Shown here: in pieces, positions 19,351 to 29,343 of the stretch | Layout: each line of letters begins with the position of its first letter | Position numbering within the stretch: position 1 is the first letter of the stretch | Program-made: the position numbers and the translations under genes | Notes under the pieces: generated by a model | Database searches by the model: none | What the model was told of the DNA's origin: nothing | Seen by the model: only the letters and a program-made list of their open reading frames with translations | From: Nematocida ausubeli | Taxonomy: Eukaryota | Assembly (NCBI RefSeq): GCF_000738915.1 | Contig: NW_026515638.1 | Coordinates: forward strand, 642,882 to 682,396 | Direction: 5' to 3' | DNA length: 39,515 bases

Positions 19351-20865
19351 ATGAAGGAGCAAGGAAGCAGAGCAGAAGAAGTGAAAAAGCGAGTAGGCGT
19401 TGTTATACAGTCGATCCGATCCACGATGGGAACTAGCTTGGGGCCAAAGGGAATGGACAAAATGATAACGCAGGGAGCAAGCACAACAATAACAAATGAC
19501 GGAAGCACAATCCTGAAAATGATGAAAATGAAGCACCCCATTGCGCAGCTAATATGTAACATATCGCATTCGCAGGATGAGCAGAGTGGAGACGGAACAA
19601 CCAGCGTCACACTGCTTCTGTGCTCTTTGGTGGAGCAGGCCCTTGACCTTGCGTCCAGAAAGGTGCATCCTGTGGTTATTGCAGAGGCCATGGAGGTGGC
19701 AAAGAATCTGTGCAAAGACGTGCTTATTAAAAATGCGTCTAGAATTGAGGGAAGCATAAATGTGCGGGACTGCATTCGGATTGCTCTGAACTCAAAGATA
19801 GTAAATGCATACATCGACAAAATAACAGAGGTGACAATGAAGGTGATAGAGCACAGCACAGACAAAGAGAAGCAGGACCTTAACCTAAGCAAGGTACGGA
19901 GAGTAAAGATAAAGGGAAACATGGAGGAGACTGAAATGGTTGCTGGGATCGTTCTATCTGCGCCTTTGAAGAGGAAAACAAAGTTTGTGCCGCGAAAAAT
20001 GAAAATGGCAATTTTCCAGTGCACGATTGGGCAGTCAAAGCCATCGATCGATGCGAAGGTAACAATCAACAACTATGAAGCAATGGAGCAGGTGATAAGA
20101 GAGGAAAAGGCACATGTGCTCTCTCTGTGCAAGCACATAAAGGACAAGGGAATTGATCTTATAATACTGCAAAAAAGCATCATTCGGGAGTCTCTGTCTG
20201 AGCTGGGCCTGCACTTCCTTGAGAGAATGGGGATTATGATAGTTGACGACGTGGAGAGAAAGGAGATTGAGCTTTGCGTTGAGCAAATGGGGCTCACACC
20301 AGTTGTAGATATCACCGAGATCAAAGACAGTATGATAGGGGAGTACCATGTAGAGGAGCTGGAGGGGCACATTAAGATATCAGCAGGAGCTGGTGTGTGC
20401 ACAGTTGTGCTGCGGGGAACAGACGACGTTATCTTGGAGGAGGTTGACAGAAGCTTCAACGATGCAATTAATGTGGGGAGGCTTGCAGTGAAAAGGCCGC
20501 TGATGACATATGGAGGAGGAGTGCCAGAGCTTCTGTGCTACACAGAGATGGCAAAGTACAACGGATCGTCTAACCCAAAGATAAACTACTGCGTCAGAGA
20601 GATAGCAAAGGGTCTTCTTGTCATACCAGAGATGCTTGCCGTCAACGCAGGTGCCGACTCCATAGCAACCGTGGAAAGTCTGATTAAGCTGCACAGCCAG
20701 GGCAAGCACATGTATGGGGTTTCAATAAAAGCTGTTGGAGAGGAAGACATGAAAAAAGAAAATGTGGTGCAGCCTGTAGATGTGTCTATTTCTGGAATAT
20801 CCGGAGCCTTTGATGGAGCATCCACCATCATCCGAATTGATGACTTCATACCAGCTGCTAAGTAA
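19351..20865 (+). CDS. CCT4: T-complex protein 1 subunit delta (CCT4)
   Basis: TSLGPKGMDKMI, ITNDGSTIL and GDGTTSV. The apical region NYEAMEQVIREEK...ILQKSIIRESLSELGLHFL...DDVERKEIE is of the delta type. Confidence 0.95.
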   Translation: MKEQGSRAEEVKKRVGVVIQSIRSTMGTSLGPKGMDKMITQGASTTITNDGSTILKMMKMKHPIAQLICNISHSQDEQSGDGTTSVTLLLCSLVEQALDLASRKVHPVVIAEAMEVAKNLCKDVLIKNASRIEGSINVRDCIRIALNSKIVNAYIDKITEVTMKVIEHSTDKEKQDLNLSKVRRVKIKGNMEETEMVAGIVLSAPLKRKTKFVPRKMKMAIFQCTIGQSKPSIDAKVTINNYEAMEQVIREEKAHVLSLCKHIKDKGIDLIILQKSIIRESLSELGLHFLERMGIMIVDDVERKEIELCVEQMGLTPVVDITEIKDSMIGEYHVEELEGHIKISAGAGVCTVVLRGTDDVILEEVDRSFNDAINVGRLAVKRPLMTYGGGVPELLCYTEMAKYNGSSNPKINYCVREIAKGLLVIPEMLAVNAGADSIATVESLIKLHSQGKHMYGVSIKAVGEEDMKKENVVQPVDVSISGISGAFDGASTIIRIDDFIPAAK

Positions 20866-21428
20866 GAGGCATTCCGTATATGGGGTATTATTAATAAATT
20901 CAGAGTTTGAAAACAGCTGTGCAGTAAAATATATTTTAAGACCGCCCCGATCTAGTTGAACAGGTTCATTTCCAGAAAGAAAGTGCCCTTCCATGCAGAT
21001 GCAGAATTCACAGGACAGCCTTCTTAAATAAGTGCCAATTAAGCCAGAGAATTCTGCATGATTTATAAGCAAAGCTAGAGAAAACATGAGCGCGCACAAA
21101 TAACCAAGAATGTGGCAAGAAGTGATGCATGAATACAGGCATATGCATTGCTAAGAAATAATTGTGCAAATTCCAAGCCTCTGCTTTTTTGCATAATTTC
21201 TGGATTGGCTAGCAAGATGCAGTGTTTAGGTGTGGTTCTGTAGATGAAAGCGCATTACATTGCTTTAAAGTTACGCAGGACCTAGAAAAACAATGCATGC
21301 ACATTATATTTTGCTACACGCATTCTATAGTGTATTAAAAATGAAGATTCTTTAATTTAAATATTTATTAACTGATTTTATACAAGTTTATCGATAATAA
21401 TATTTAGACTTCTAAAATATTAAATTTC

Positions 21429-21893
21429 CTATGAGTTAATAGCAGCATCCTCTTTCTTTTCAGAGCTTTTCCCGGCAGCAACATCATCTTTCTTTTCAGA
21501 GCTTCCTACGGCAACATCATCTTTCTTTGCACTGATTTCCCCTGCAGCAGCATCCTCTTTCTTTTCAGAGGTTTCCCCGGTAGCAACATCCTCTTTCTTT
21601 GCAGCTACACTGGCCTGTGTATCTACAGAACCCGCAGATGACACAGAAGAATTATCAACTGCCACAGATGACCCAGATGCCACAGATGACCCAACTGCCA
21701 CAGCAGAATTATCAACTGACTCAAATGACTCAGATACCTCAGATACCTCAGATGACTCAGATGACCCAGATACCTCAACTGACTCAGATGACATAGATAC
21801 CGCAGATTCCCCACATGCATACACCTGACTGCTGTATATAAAGAGAATTGCTGCTATGAAAAATGTTATTATTATTGTTTGTCTTCTTGCCAT
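21429..21893 (-). CDS. Small secreted acidic Ser/Val/Glu-rich repeat protein
   Basis: Signal peptide (IIITFFIAAILFIYSSQVYA|C); the mature part is almost entirely repeats. Confidence 0.8.
   Translation of the reverse strand: MARRQTIIITFFIAAILFIYSSQVYACGESAVSMSSESVEVSGSSESSEVSEVSESFESVDNSAVAVGSSVASGSSVAVDNSSVSSAGSVDTQASVAAKKEDVATGETSEKKEDAAAGEISAKKDDVAVGSSEKKDDVAAGKSSEKKEDAAINS
21441..21600 (-). repeat. Coding tandem repeat of about 36 bp, 4.5 copies (KK[ED]D[VA]AxGxxS[EA])
   Basis: KKEDVATGETSE / KKEDAAAGEISA / KKDDVAVGSSE / KKDDVAAGKSSE / KKEDAA. Confidence 0.85.
21630..21805 (-). repeat. Coding 9/18-bp microrepeats (SEV/SES, GSSVA, VDNS)
   Basis: CTCAGATAC, CTCAGATGA and CCACAGATGACCCA units on the + strand. 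Confidence 0.8.
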
Positions 21894-22349
21894 GTATTTA
21901 GAAATTGTTCTGCTATTTATTCTTTTGCAGTTTTTTTAGAACACAGCCTACGGTACAAGCAGCACCAACCAAAAATATTCTAAAATAATCAGGATTTTCA
22001 ACAAATGCATAGATGGGTCTATATAGTGCATCTGTCCTGGAATAAAAACAATTGGATAATTGCAAAAAGACAGTGCAGTTTCAGTGTGCTAACAAAGCTT
22101 TTTTCTTTGAGGCTGCATAAAAATGATGTGGTCCAAGCATACACCGGTTGCATCCAATGCAAACCCGAATAGACTAAATATTCGCTAGGTCTTTACATAC
22201 AGTGCCAATTGATGGCTATCCAGATATGAATATCGTATAATTGTGCTGTATATGAAAATTGGGTGCTGCAATAGCATAGTACAGAGTCTACTTAAAAAGT
22301 CAGAGTAATTTGTGTAATAAAGATTTATTAGTGAGCAAACGAATAATAA

Positions 22350-24485
22350 TTATGTAAAAATAGTGAGTTTGTCCCCATTCAAAGACCACGCACCGATATC
22401 TACCTGCTGGCGGATGCACTCATCTATCTCGGCCATGTCAAAGCGGCTGGCTTCTTTGTAAATGCAATCCAGCTCGATTACCTTATAGGATTCATTATTA
22501 CCGCCTTCCATTTTCATGATTATATCGTATATACTGAGCGAATCGCACCCCAAAAGGCGAAGAACCTCCTCAACATCCTGTATAGTGACCGTTTTTCTTC
22601 TGTGTGCCTTTGCAAGCGCCTGCGAAAAACGAAGCACTGACAAAACGCGCCTTGCTGTGCCCGGAAGCCCCTTCCCAAGCATTTTTGCATCCTTTGCTCT
22701 TTCAAGCGAGTATGCAGAGACGATTCTTTCCTGCACGCCTTCTCCTAAGGAAGGCTCAATGACCTTGCACTTGTTTATCTCAGCGGCCAGCTTCTCAATT
22801 GGGAGAACGCCTGTAATTGCGCCTTTTCTTTTGTGCACTCCAAGAATATGCTTGCATATCTCAACATCGCCCTTTCCAGCTATGTCTTGAATGACCTTCA
22901 CTGCGTCAAACCTGGAGATAAGAGCACTTGGAAGCCCTGCGTTCCAGGCAATGCCCTTCTTCTCAACATACCGCCCCTTAATGGGGTTAGCAGCTGCAAG
23001 AACTGAGCATCTTGCGTTGAGTGTTGTGTTTATACCAGCCTTGGATATGCTTATTCTATGCTGCTCCATTGCTTCGTGCACGCAGGATCTGTCGCTTTCG
23101 TGCATTTTGTCGAACTCATCAATGCAGCAGATACCGCCATCGCTCATGACCAAAGCACCACCTTCAAGAATGTGCTCTCCTGTCTCCGAGTCTCGCGACA
23201 CGCATGCTGTCAAACCTGCCCCACTTGCTCCCTTTCCCGTTGTAAATATGCCTCTGGGCGAGAGCCTGCATACTGCCTTCAAAAGCTGACTTTTTGCCAC
23301 ACCAGGGTCTCCGACCAAAAGGACGTTAATTTCTCCTCTTATTCTTAGCCCGCCTTCAGTGCAGGTGTCTCCTCCAATGAGCATCAGAAGAAGCAGCTTT
23401 TTTATGTCCTCCATTCCTGATATCTCAGGTGCTATTGAGGAGGCCATCAGGTCAACCATGCCCGGGGAGTTTTCTTCCTCTTCAGGAGCTATCTCCTGCT
23501 GCTCGCTCACCGGGGAAACAGCTTCTTCTCCGGATGCTCTGTTTTCATCTGTGTTTTCGCTTGTAGGCCGGGCTGCGCGCACTGATGCTTTTTTGATCGG
23601 GCGCACATATGATCCAAGTATGTACGTGTCACTCAGCAGGCCCATGCGCATCTTCTGGATTCCTTCGTTTGGCTTTGGAAGGAACACTCCAGAAACAAGC
23701 ACCTCAGTGCCAGGAACTGCTGTTCGAACAAGCTCGTCGTACACCTCCACTGTAAGAGACCGGGGAACTCGCCCTGGCTCAACCTCAGCAGAGAGTTCCT
23801 GCACCCGAAAGACCTGCTTTGAGCGGAACTTTGATGGCCGCGTCTGCAGGTGCAGTGTTCCCTTTGTTCTTCCAGCTCTGCATTTTTCAGACTGGCACTC
23901 TGACAGCGGGAGGAAGGTCTCGCCCTCCACCTCCTGAAACACCTCAGAGGTGCATGAGTCGCACATGAAAACCGCCACAGAAATAGATGGGTGCACGTCC
24001 GACGCCTTGCTTATTATTCCCCGAATGCAGACAAGAGACCCAATCACGTCTGGTGTCACATCGTTGAAAGAGAGCAGGTCTGTTCGGTATATGTTCACGC
24101 TGTAGTAGCGAAGAATGCTTTTAGTAAGCACCTCAAAGACAGACTTGTTTGGGTATCTCTCCATCACCCGGGCCTTTCGATGCTCAAAAAAAAGATCCTC
24201 CTTTGGCATCTCTATCTCCTCTGCCCTCAGCATCTCATCCACAATTTCATACACAATCTCTCTGTATCTGGCGGTGTTGTTTAGCACATCCGCATACAGG
24301 TCAGTGTTTCCGTCCTCAAGGATGTCAGACACATTGATGCTGATTGCCTTTGTTTTCGAAAGTGCTTTTATCTGCGCCATGTACTTTAGCGTTCCAGAGC
24401 TCTCAAATGTGAAAAGAAATCTCCGCATTGTGTCTTTACTCACAGCATAGTCTTTCTCAATCCTGTACTGCCGTAGGTCTTCCAT
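22350..24485 (-). CDS. MCM7: DNA replication licensing factor MCM7
   Basis: Zn finger CDSC...CQSEKC; SIAPEISGMEDIKK; GDPGVAKSQLL (Walker A); ICCIDEFDKM (Walker B); SRFD (Arg finger). The N-terminal DYxxxKxxxxxFL..KY pattern is MCM7-type. Confidence 0.95.
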   Translation of the reverse strand: MEDLRQYRIEKDYAVSKDTMRRFLFTFESSGTLKYMAQIKALSKTKAISINVSDILEDGNTDLYADVLNNTARYREIVYEIVDEMLRAEEIEMPKEDLFFEHRKARVMERYPNKSVFEVLTKSILRYYSVNIYRTDLLSFNDVTPDVIGSLVCIRGIISKASDVHPSISVAVFMCDSCTSEVFQEVEGETFLPLSECQSEKCRAGRTKGTLHLQTRPSKFRSKQVFRVQELSAEVEPGRVPRSLTVEVYDELVRTAVPGTEVLVSGVFLPKPNEGIQKMRMGLLSDTYILGSYVRPIKKASVRAARPTSENTDENRASGEEAVSPVSEQQEIAPEEEENSPGMVDLMASSIAPEISGMEDIKKLLLLMLIGGDTCTEGGLRIRGEINVLLVGDPGVAKSQLLKAVCRLSPRGIFTTGKGASGAGLTACVSRDSETGEHILEGGALVMSDGGICCIDEFDKMHESDRSCVHEAMEQHRISISKAGINTTLNARCSVLAAANPIKGRYVEKKGIAWNAGLPSALISRFDAVKVIQDIAGKGDVEICKHILGVHKRKGAITGVLPIEKLAAEINKCKVIEPSLGEGVQERIVSAYSLERAKDAKMLGKGLPGTARRVLSVLRFSQALAKAHRRKTVTIQDVEEVLRLLGCDSLSIYDIIMKMEGGNNESYKVIELDCIYKEASRFDMAEIDECIRQQVDIGAWSLNGDKLTIFT

Positions 24486-24729
24486 TAGAAAAAATAAAAT
24501 ATGCAGATTTAACCAGAGCGCAAGAAAAGGCAGAAATGCGCAGTTGCAGGCCAGGGCATGCTTTCTGCAGACAGATGCACAGGACTGCCATTTTTAGCTT
24601 CTGTATTAAGGCATGCTGTACTTAATGCTCTGCATAGAATAGATACCCTGCATAGAATAAGAAAGTATTGGAATGATGTGCTTGTTTAGCCCCATATAAG
24701 AAAGTGTATACAAGAAAACAAAGAAAGAT

Positions 24730-24921
24730 TTACTTCGGCTTGACAATGTAGAGCGCATCTATTTTGTGAAGAACCCCGCCTACAAGAACACCTGCGTCTG
24801 GGGTTACTCCAAGCTCAATGTGGTACGAGGTGCCATCGACAGTGAACTCTGTGCCAATTGACGCATTTTTGGGGAGGCTTGCGACAGTGAGGTTTTTTGG
24901 AAGCTGAAAAAGAATTTGCAT
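24730..24921 (-). CDS. 63-aa protein, possible minimal RNA polymerase I subunit A34.5 (Rpa34)-like
   Basis: ATG is immediately preceded by CCCC, the microsporidian CCC-like start signal. The composition is globular and beta-rich. ILFQLPKNL..TEFTVDGTSYHI..VLV..KIDALYIV parallels the A34.5 dimerisation module. The product call is inference. Confidence 0.55.
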   Translation of the reverse strand: MQILFQLPKNLTVASLPKNASIGTEFTVDGTSYHIELGVTPDAGVLVGGVLHKIDALYIVKPK

Positions 24922-24932
24922 GGGGAAAGAAG

Positions 24933-24939
24933 AAAAAAA
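24933..24939 (-). terminator. Pol III oligo-dT terminator of tRNA-Thr
   Basis: A T7 run on the minus strand directly after the acceptor stem. Confidence 0.75.
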
Positions 24940-25010
24940 GGCTCTTAGCAGATTCGAACCACTGACCTTTGCTTTACGAGAGCAACGCTCTACCCCTGAG
25001 CTAAAGAGCC
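24939..25010 (-). tRNA. tRNA-Thr(CGT)
   Basis: GGCTCTT-TA-GCTC-AGGGGTA-GAGC-G-TTGCT-CT[CGT]AA-AGCAA-AGGTC-AGTGG-TTCGAAT-CTGCT-AAGAGCC-T forms a complete cloverleaf with no intron. Confidence 0.95.
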
Positions 25011-25092
25011 TACATTGATGCTAGATGCGTAGGCAACATGTTGGGAGGCCCCCGGGGTCTGTATAAATGAAAAGCAAAATAGTAAAAATCAA

Positions 25093-27906
25093 ATGCATGG
25101 AGGAAAGAGCTGTGCAGGGTGTGAAGAGTGTGAGAGAAAAAAAGAGAGCAAAAAGATAAGCATAAGTGATGCGTTTCTGTCAAAGGCAAGATACACAAAA
25201 AGGCCGACGTACTACACAAATATAAGTATAGATAGGGCGAGTGAGATCGGCAAACAGCATGCATCGCCATCTTCTTTTTCTGAAGCGCGGCAGTTCAGCT
25301 CCTCTCCGTTGGTTGGGGCGGAGCTAGGCAGCAAGCGCGTGCGTGATGGGTTCTTTGTGCCTAAGAGTGGGCCTCTGTTCTCCTCTGAGGGGGATTCTCC
25401 CAGAAAAATTCAAAAAATAGAAAGTCTTTCGTATGGACTATCTGGATTGGCGCCACTGTCCATGGCCCGGGAGGCGCCCAGCCAGCCTGTGCACTCCAAG
25501 AAAGTGATTCCGGTTCCGCTGGGGAATGCGTTTTCTTTCAATGGCACAGCGCAGGGAGATCTATGGGATATTGACATCACAAAAAGAGTGGGGGATATGC
25601 AGCCAGGCGGACTGCAGAGTGCCGGAGGAGAGGGTGATTTTTTAAAAGCGACATATCCAGACTATGCGGAAAGAGAGAGTCCGCGCAGAAGCGAGCAGGG
25701 TTTTGCAGCGCACGAGCAGGAGATTGCGCCCATCCGGGTTATGGGCCAGGGCCTTTCACATGGAGCGGATTTATCTAGCTATGCAGAGGAGTCTCCTTTG
25801 GCAAGTGTGCGCATGTATGGGGCGGGGATGGGAGGAAGAGAGCCGCAGCAGAAAAGAAGCCCGTCAGCCACACTACTCAACGGACAGGGCGGCATGTTCG
25901 CAAATGGGCTGGCTCTCCATGGAGGCATCGGCTCTTTTCCAGCGCCAGACTCGCTCAGCTATCTATCTGCAAATACTTCTGCAAGCAGCTGCAGTATGGG
26001 GGTGGGCAGTGAGGACTCAGTCGGAGGCTTTCGCATGCGCACAGGTCTCGGCGTGCACAAGGCCGCGGGCACCTCCTTCTCTGGGGAGTCTCTACATGGA
26101 AGCGCAACGCGCACTGCATACAACCCTCTTCAAAGCACAGTCTATCACAGCGCGCAGACATCACAGCTTAAGCACGCGGTAATTCTATCCACAGCAATTC
26201 TTCCTTTAATTGACTTTACGCTTGACCCCATGAAGCAGCACGCAAAGCTGAACAAAGTGCTTGGGCTTCCAAGGCTGCTGCCGCACAACTTTGTCCTGAC
26301 AAAAAACATCATGGACCTTGTCTTTTCCAGCGGAGGGCTGCAGGCAGTGGACGAGAAAAATCTCTGGGAGGACATTGTAAAGGAGCTGGGTCAGAAGGCA
26401 GAGGACACGCACAAGCTTCGGATGTACTATGTCATTGTGTGCTACCCGTACGAGCAGGTTGTTCACATTGCAAATGCAGCAGGAGATGCCCCAAGTACCA
26501 TAATTGCAGTGTATATTGAGCCAAAAAAGGCTGATATACTTCCTGAGATTATTAACATACTTGAGCAGAAGAAAAGAAGAACGGAAGCAAAGTGCAAAGC
26601 ATCTGCCAAGATTGTTGAAACAAGCGGTATTTTGGAGGTCTCTGTGGTGCTCAATGAAATGTATGTAAATGGGGTGCGGACAAACCAGGAGCTGATCGAG
26701 GCCATGGCGCACTTAAAAGGAGCCACGTGCACATCTGTCTCTATGAGAAGTGTTTTCTCCTGCTTAGAGGTGGCTCTTATTGAAAAGCAGCTTCGGACAA
26801 TTATGACCCACTGGATTTCTAAGAGAGTGGAGGAGGTGTCATCCAAGGAGATCCCAGAAATAGAAAAAAAAGTCATTCGATCGTACGAGGCTATTCTTGC
26901 TGACACTGTGGAGCGCTGCATTACGCAGATGAAAGGCCAAAAAGGTCTTTCTGGTGAAGAGGAGGGAAGTGGGCATGCTGAGGATGTGCACAGCATATTA
27001 AAAGTCGAGGAGACGGTAAAGAGCAAAATAATCTGTTTGGAAAACTGCAAAGCACACACCAGTGCGTATGCATATCCATCTATCGACATGCAGGACAGCT
27101 ACGCTGTGCGAAGGGGTGCTTGTGTATCACACCCGCACTGTGCGGTGCACCAGAACATCTTCTGTCCATGCGGAAAAACCCGAATAAAATTTGATGCGTT
27201 CGCAGACATATACTACAGCGCGCTTCTCTTTCTGGGGAAGTCCAGCACTCTGCACGTGTCAGAAGGCACTGCTCCTCTTCTTGCAGTGTTGCTAGAAACG
27301 CTTCCACTGGAGATGCTCTCGTTCAAGTACAAATATGTCTACAAAGCCATGCTGACGCTCTGGAATGTCCTAAAAGAGGACAAAGCAAGAGGTGTTCTTG
27401 CAGACCCGGGCGCAGGCGCCCGTTTATTGCAGCCTGGATTTGCCAAAATATCAAAAAAAGTAGCTAAGCTTCTAAGCTCTCCCATTCTTTCCAAGCCTGA
27501 CATCATGTCCGTGATATCAAACGGCCAGCTGGAGATTATCCTTAAAATAGCAAATATGCCTGGTGGCCATCATATACTATCGCAGACGCGGATGCAGAGA
27601 TTGTCTGAGATATGGAGATATCTTCTCTCCCTTGTGTGCAGCGGGTTCTTTATAGATGAGAACGCGCATCTTCTGAATACTGCTCTTGTTTCTCTAGACG
27701 GTCTTTCTGTGTATCTGCAAAAACACTTGGCTGGCTCAGACGAACTGCAGGCTGTGCTTAATCGCATGGATCTGGACTGTGGGGCATGGGTACTAGATGT
27801 GCTGGAAAAAGATGTTTTTGCAGACTCTGTGTACATGCTGTGTAACTTTCTATTTTCCAAGACGCATACCCTGAATGTGGCATGTCCAGAGCATGTACTA
27901 TTATAA
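25093..27906 (+). CDS. ARID/BRIGHT domain protein, probable Swi1/ARID1- or Rsc9-like chromatin-remodelling subunit
   Basis: ARID core DLVFSSGGLQAVDEKNLWEDIVKELG..KLRMYYVIVCYPYE at about 26310-26460. Disordered S/G-rich N-terminus; Leu-rich helical (ARM-like) C-terminus. Confidence 0.75.
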   Translation: MHGGKSCAGCEECERKKESKKISISDAFLSKARYTKRPTYYTNISIDRASEIGKQHASPSSFSEARQFSSSPLVGAELGSKRVRDGFFVPKSGPLFSSEGDSPRKIQKIESLSYGLSGLAPLSMAREAPSQPVHSKKVIPVPLGNAFSFNGTAQGDLWDIDITKRVGDMQPGGLQSAGGEGDFLKATYPDYAERESPRRSEQGFAAHEQEIAPIRVMGQGLSHGADLSSYAEESPLASVRMYGAGMGGREPQQKRSPSATLLNGQGGMFANGLALHGGIGSFPAPDSLSYLSANTSASSCSMGVGSEDSVGGFRMRTGLGVHKAAGTSFSGESLHGSATRTAYNPLQSTVYHSAQTSQLKHAVILSTAILPLIDFTLDPMKQHAKLNKVLGLPRLLPHNFVLTKNIMDLVFSSGGLQAVDEKNLWEDIVKELGQKAEDTHKLRMYYVIVCYPYEQVVHIANAAGDAPSTIIAVYIEPKKADILPEIINILEQKKRRTEAKCKASAKIVETSGILEVSVVLNEMYVNGVRTNQELIEAMAHLKGATCTSVSMRSVFSCLEVALIEKQLRTIMTHWISKRVEEVSSKEIPEIEKKVIRSYEAILADTVERCITQMKGQKGLSGEEEGSGHAEDVHSILKVEETVKSKIICLENCKAHTSAYAYPSIDMQDSYAVRRGACVSHPHCAVHQNIFCPCGKTRIKFDAFADIYYSALLFLGKSSTLHVSEGTAPLLAVLLETLPLEMLSFKYKYVYKAMLTLWNVLKEDKARGVLADPGAGARLLQPGFAKISKKVAKLLSSPILSKPDIMSVISNGQLEIILKIANMPGGHHILSQTRMQRLSEIWRYLLSLVCSGFFIDENAHLLNTALVSLDGLSVYLQKHLAGSDELQAVLNRMDLDCGAWVLDVLEKDVFADSVYMLCNFLFSKTHTLNVACPEHVLL

Positions 27907-28038
27907 CAATAAAATATTAGCCTTTTAATCGAGGGGTGTTCAAATTCAAATGCCTTTATTATATGAAACAGCAGCGCACTCCAGCAGAGCCGCTGCATCT
28001 CTTGCTGGGTTCTGCGCCTGGGCCACTGCGTGCAGCAG

Positions 28039-28251
28039 TCAATATGGAAGCTCACTTCCCTTTATCCAGCAGACTATAAAATATGTAGAAATAAAGCCTA
28101 TTATAAAAGAGCACACAAATGCTTTTATGGATACAAGCCCTTCTGAGTTGTTTTGCTTTAAGAGAACATTTCTTTTCTCATATATCTTTCTACGCACTGG
28201 CTTCTTCAGCACTGTTTGCATAAAGATCTTTGCCAAAGTCTCATTCTGCAT
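28039..28251 (-). CDS. Possible small tail-anchored membrane protein (70 aa)
   Basis: ATG at 28251; basic N-terminal region; one C-terminal hydrophobic segment (AFVCSFIIGFISTYFIVCWI). Competing small ORFs exist on the + strand. Confidence 0.4.
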   Translation of the reverse strand: MQNETLAKIFMQTVLKKPVRRKIYEKRNVLLKQNNSEGLVSIKAFVCSFIIGFISTYFIVCWIKGSELPY

Positions 28252-28428
28252 TTTTGGCACAAAATTCAAATTACTGAAATGCCAGGAGAAAAATAGCTAA
28301 AGAGCATGCAGCGCCTGGAATCTCTGAGAATAGCCAATAATATCTGTCTTCACATATCTGCACCTGCAGAGAAGGCTGAGCAGGAGGTCTCGAGTAGATG
28401 GATAGGCAAACGACTCTTTTCCAGCACA

Positions 28429-29343
28429 CTAGACGCTTGTTGCATTATAGGCCCAGCACATCTGCCCATATTCTATTTCCTCTTCAGATATAAAGTCGCT
28501 ATACGTTTTCGGATCAAGAACGCCCATGGCTATGGCTGCTGCACAGCCAACTTCATTGCGCACGCCAGCGTTTAGAAGTACAGCAAAATCACGGATCTCT
28601 TGCCTGGAAGGTATGCTGGTGCTAGCTAGTGTGCAGTTTTTGTCAACATATCGGAAAACGGGGCTTACAACCTGCTTGAGAAATATATCAGTAACATTAC
28701 GCATTGCTGACATTATCCAGCCATTCGGGTTTTCAGTGTATACGCCTGCTGTCTCTGAGCACACAGGTCGGAGCAGGTCCTCGCCCACTGTGTTGCTGTA
28801 GTCTATTATGTTGTACCCCATGATCTTCAGAAGCTCAAACCTCATATTGTTCTCTGTATAGCATGTCATTGCGCCACTCAGTATATATTTGTTGCACTCC
28901 CTCAGCGCTAGTATGTGCCTTGTGTTCATCACATGCACGAACATGCCTAAGACTATCAGAAATGATAAGACATATGTTGTCACTATAATCATTACGAGGT
29001 ATGTCTTGCTTGATCTTATAGTGTAAAATATATCTTTGATTCTGTCTTTAAGTTTAGTGCAGAAGGTGCACAAACTCTCACATTTCTTAGATCTATTTAA
29101 TCCCTGCCCTTTACTTGAGCCTGATGGCGAGTTGACAATATATGTCGTCTTTCCCCACAGTGAGCGATAAGTTCTATCTTTCATAGACCTCGCTAGGAAC
29201 TTTCCATAGTCCATATCACTTTGCGTGCATAGGCTGTAGCAGAGGCTTACAAGCACACACATCGAAACAAATACGCACATCTTCATCTTTTCTGCAAACT
29301 GCATGGCTCTATATCTACTTATAAATCCATCATAAGCTGTCAT
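28429..29343 (-). CDS. Hypothetical membrane protein (signal/TM plus a second TM)
   Basis: 304 aa; hydrophobic MCVFVSMCVLVSLCYSLC and YLVMIIVTTYVLSFLIVLGMFVHV; several Cys. No family recognised. Confidence 0.7.
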   Translation of the reverse strand: MTAYDGFISRYRAMQFAEKMKMCVFVSMCVLVSLCYSLCTQSDMDYGKFLARSMKDRTYRSLWGKTTYIVNSPSGSSKGQGLNRSKKCESLCTFCTKLKDRIKDIFYTIRSSKTYLVMIIVTTYVLSFLIVLGMFVHVMNTRHILALRECNKYILSGAMTCYTENNMRFELLKIMGYNIIDYSNTVGEDLLRPVCSETAGVYTENPNGWIMSAMRNVTDIFLKQVVSPVFRYVDKNCTLASTSIPSRQEIRDFAVLLNAGVRNEVGCAAAIAMGVLDPKTYSDFISEEEIEYGQMCWAYNATSV

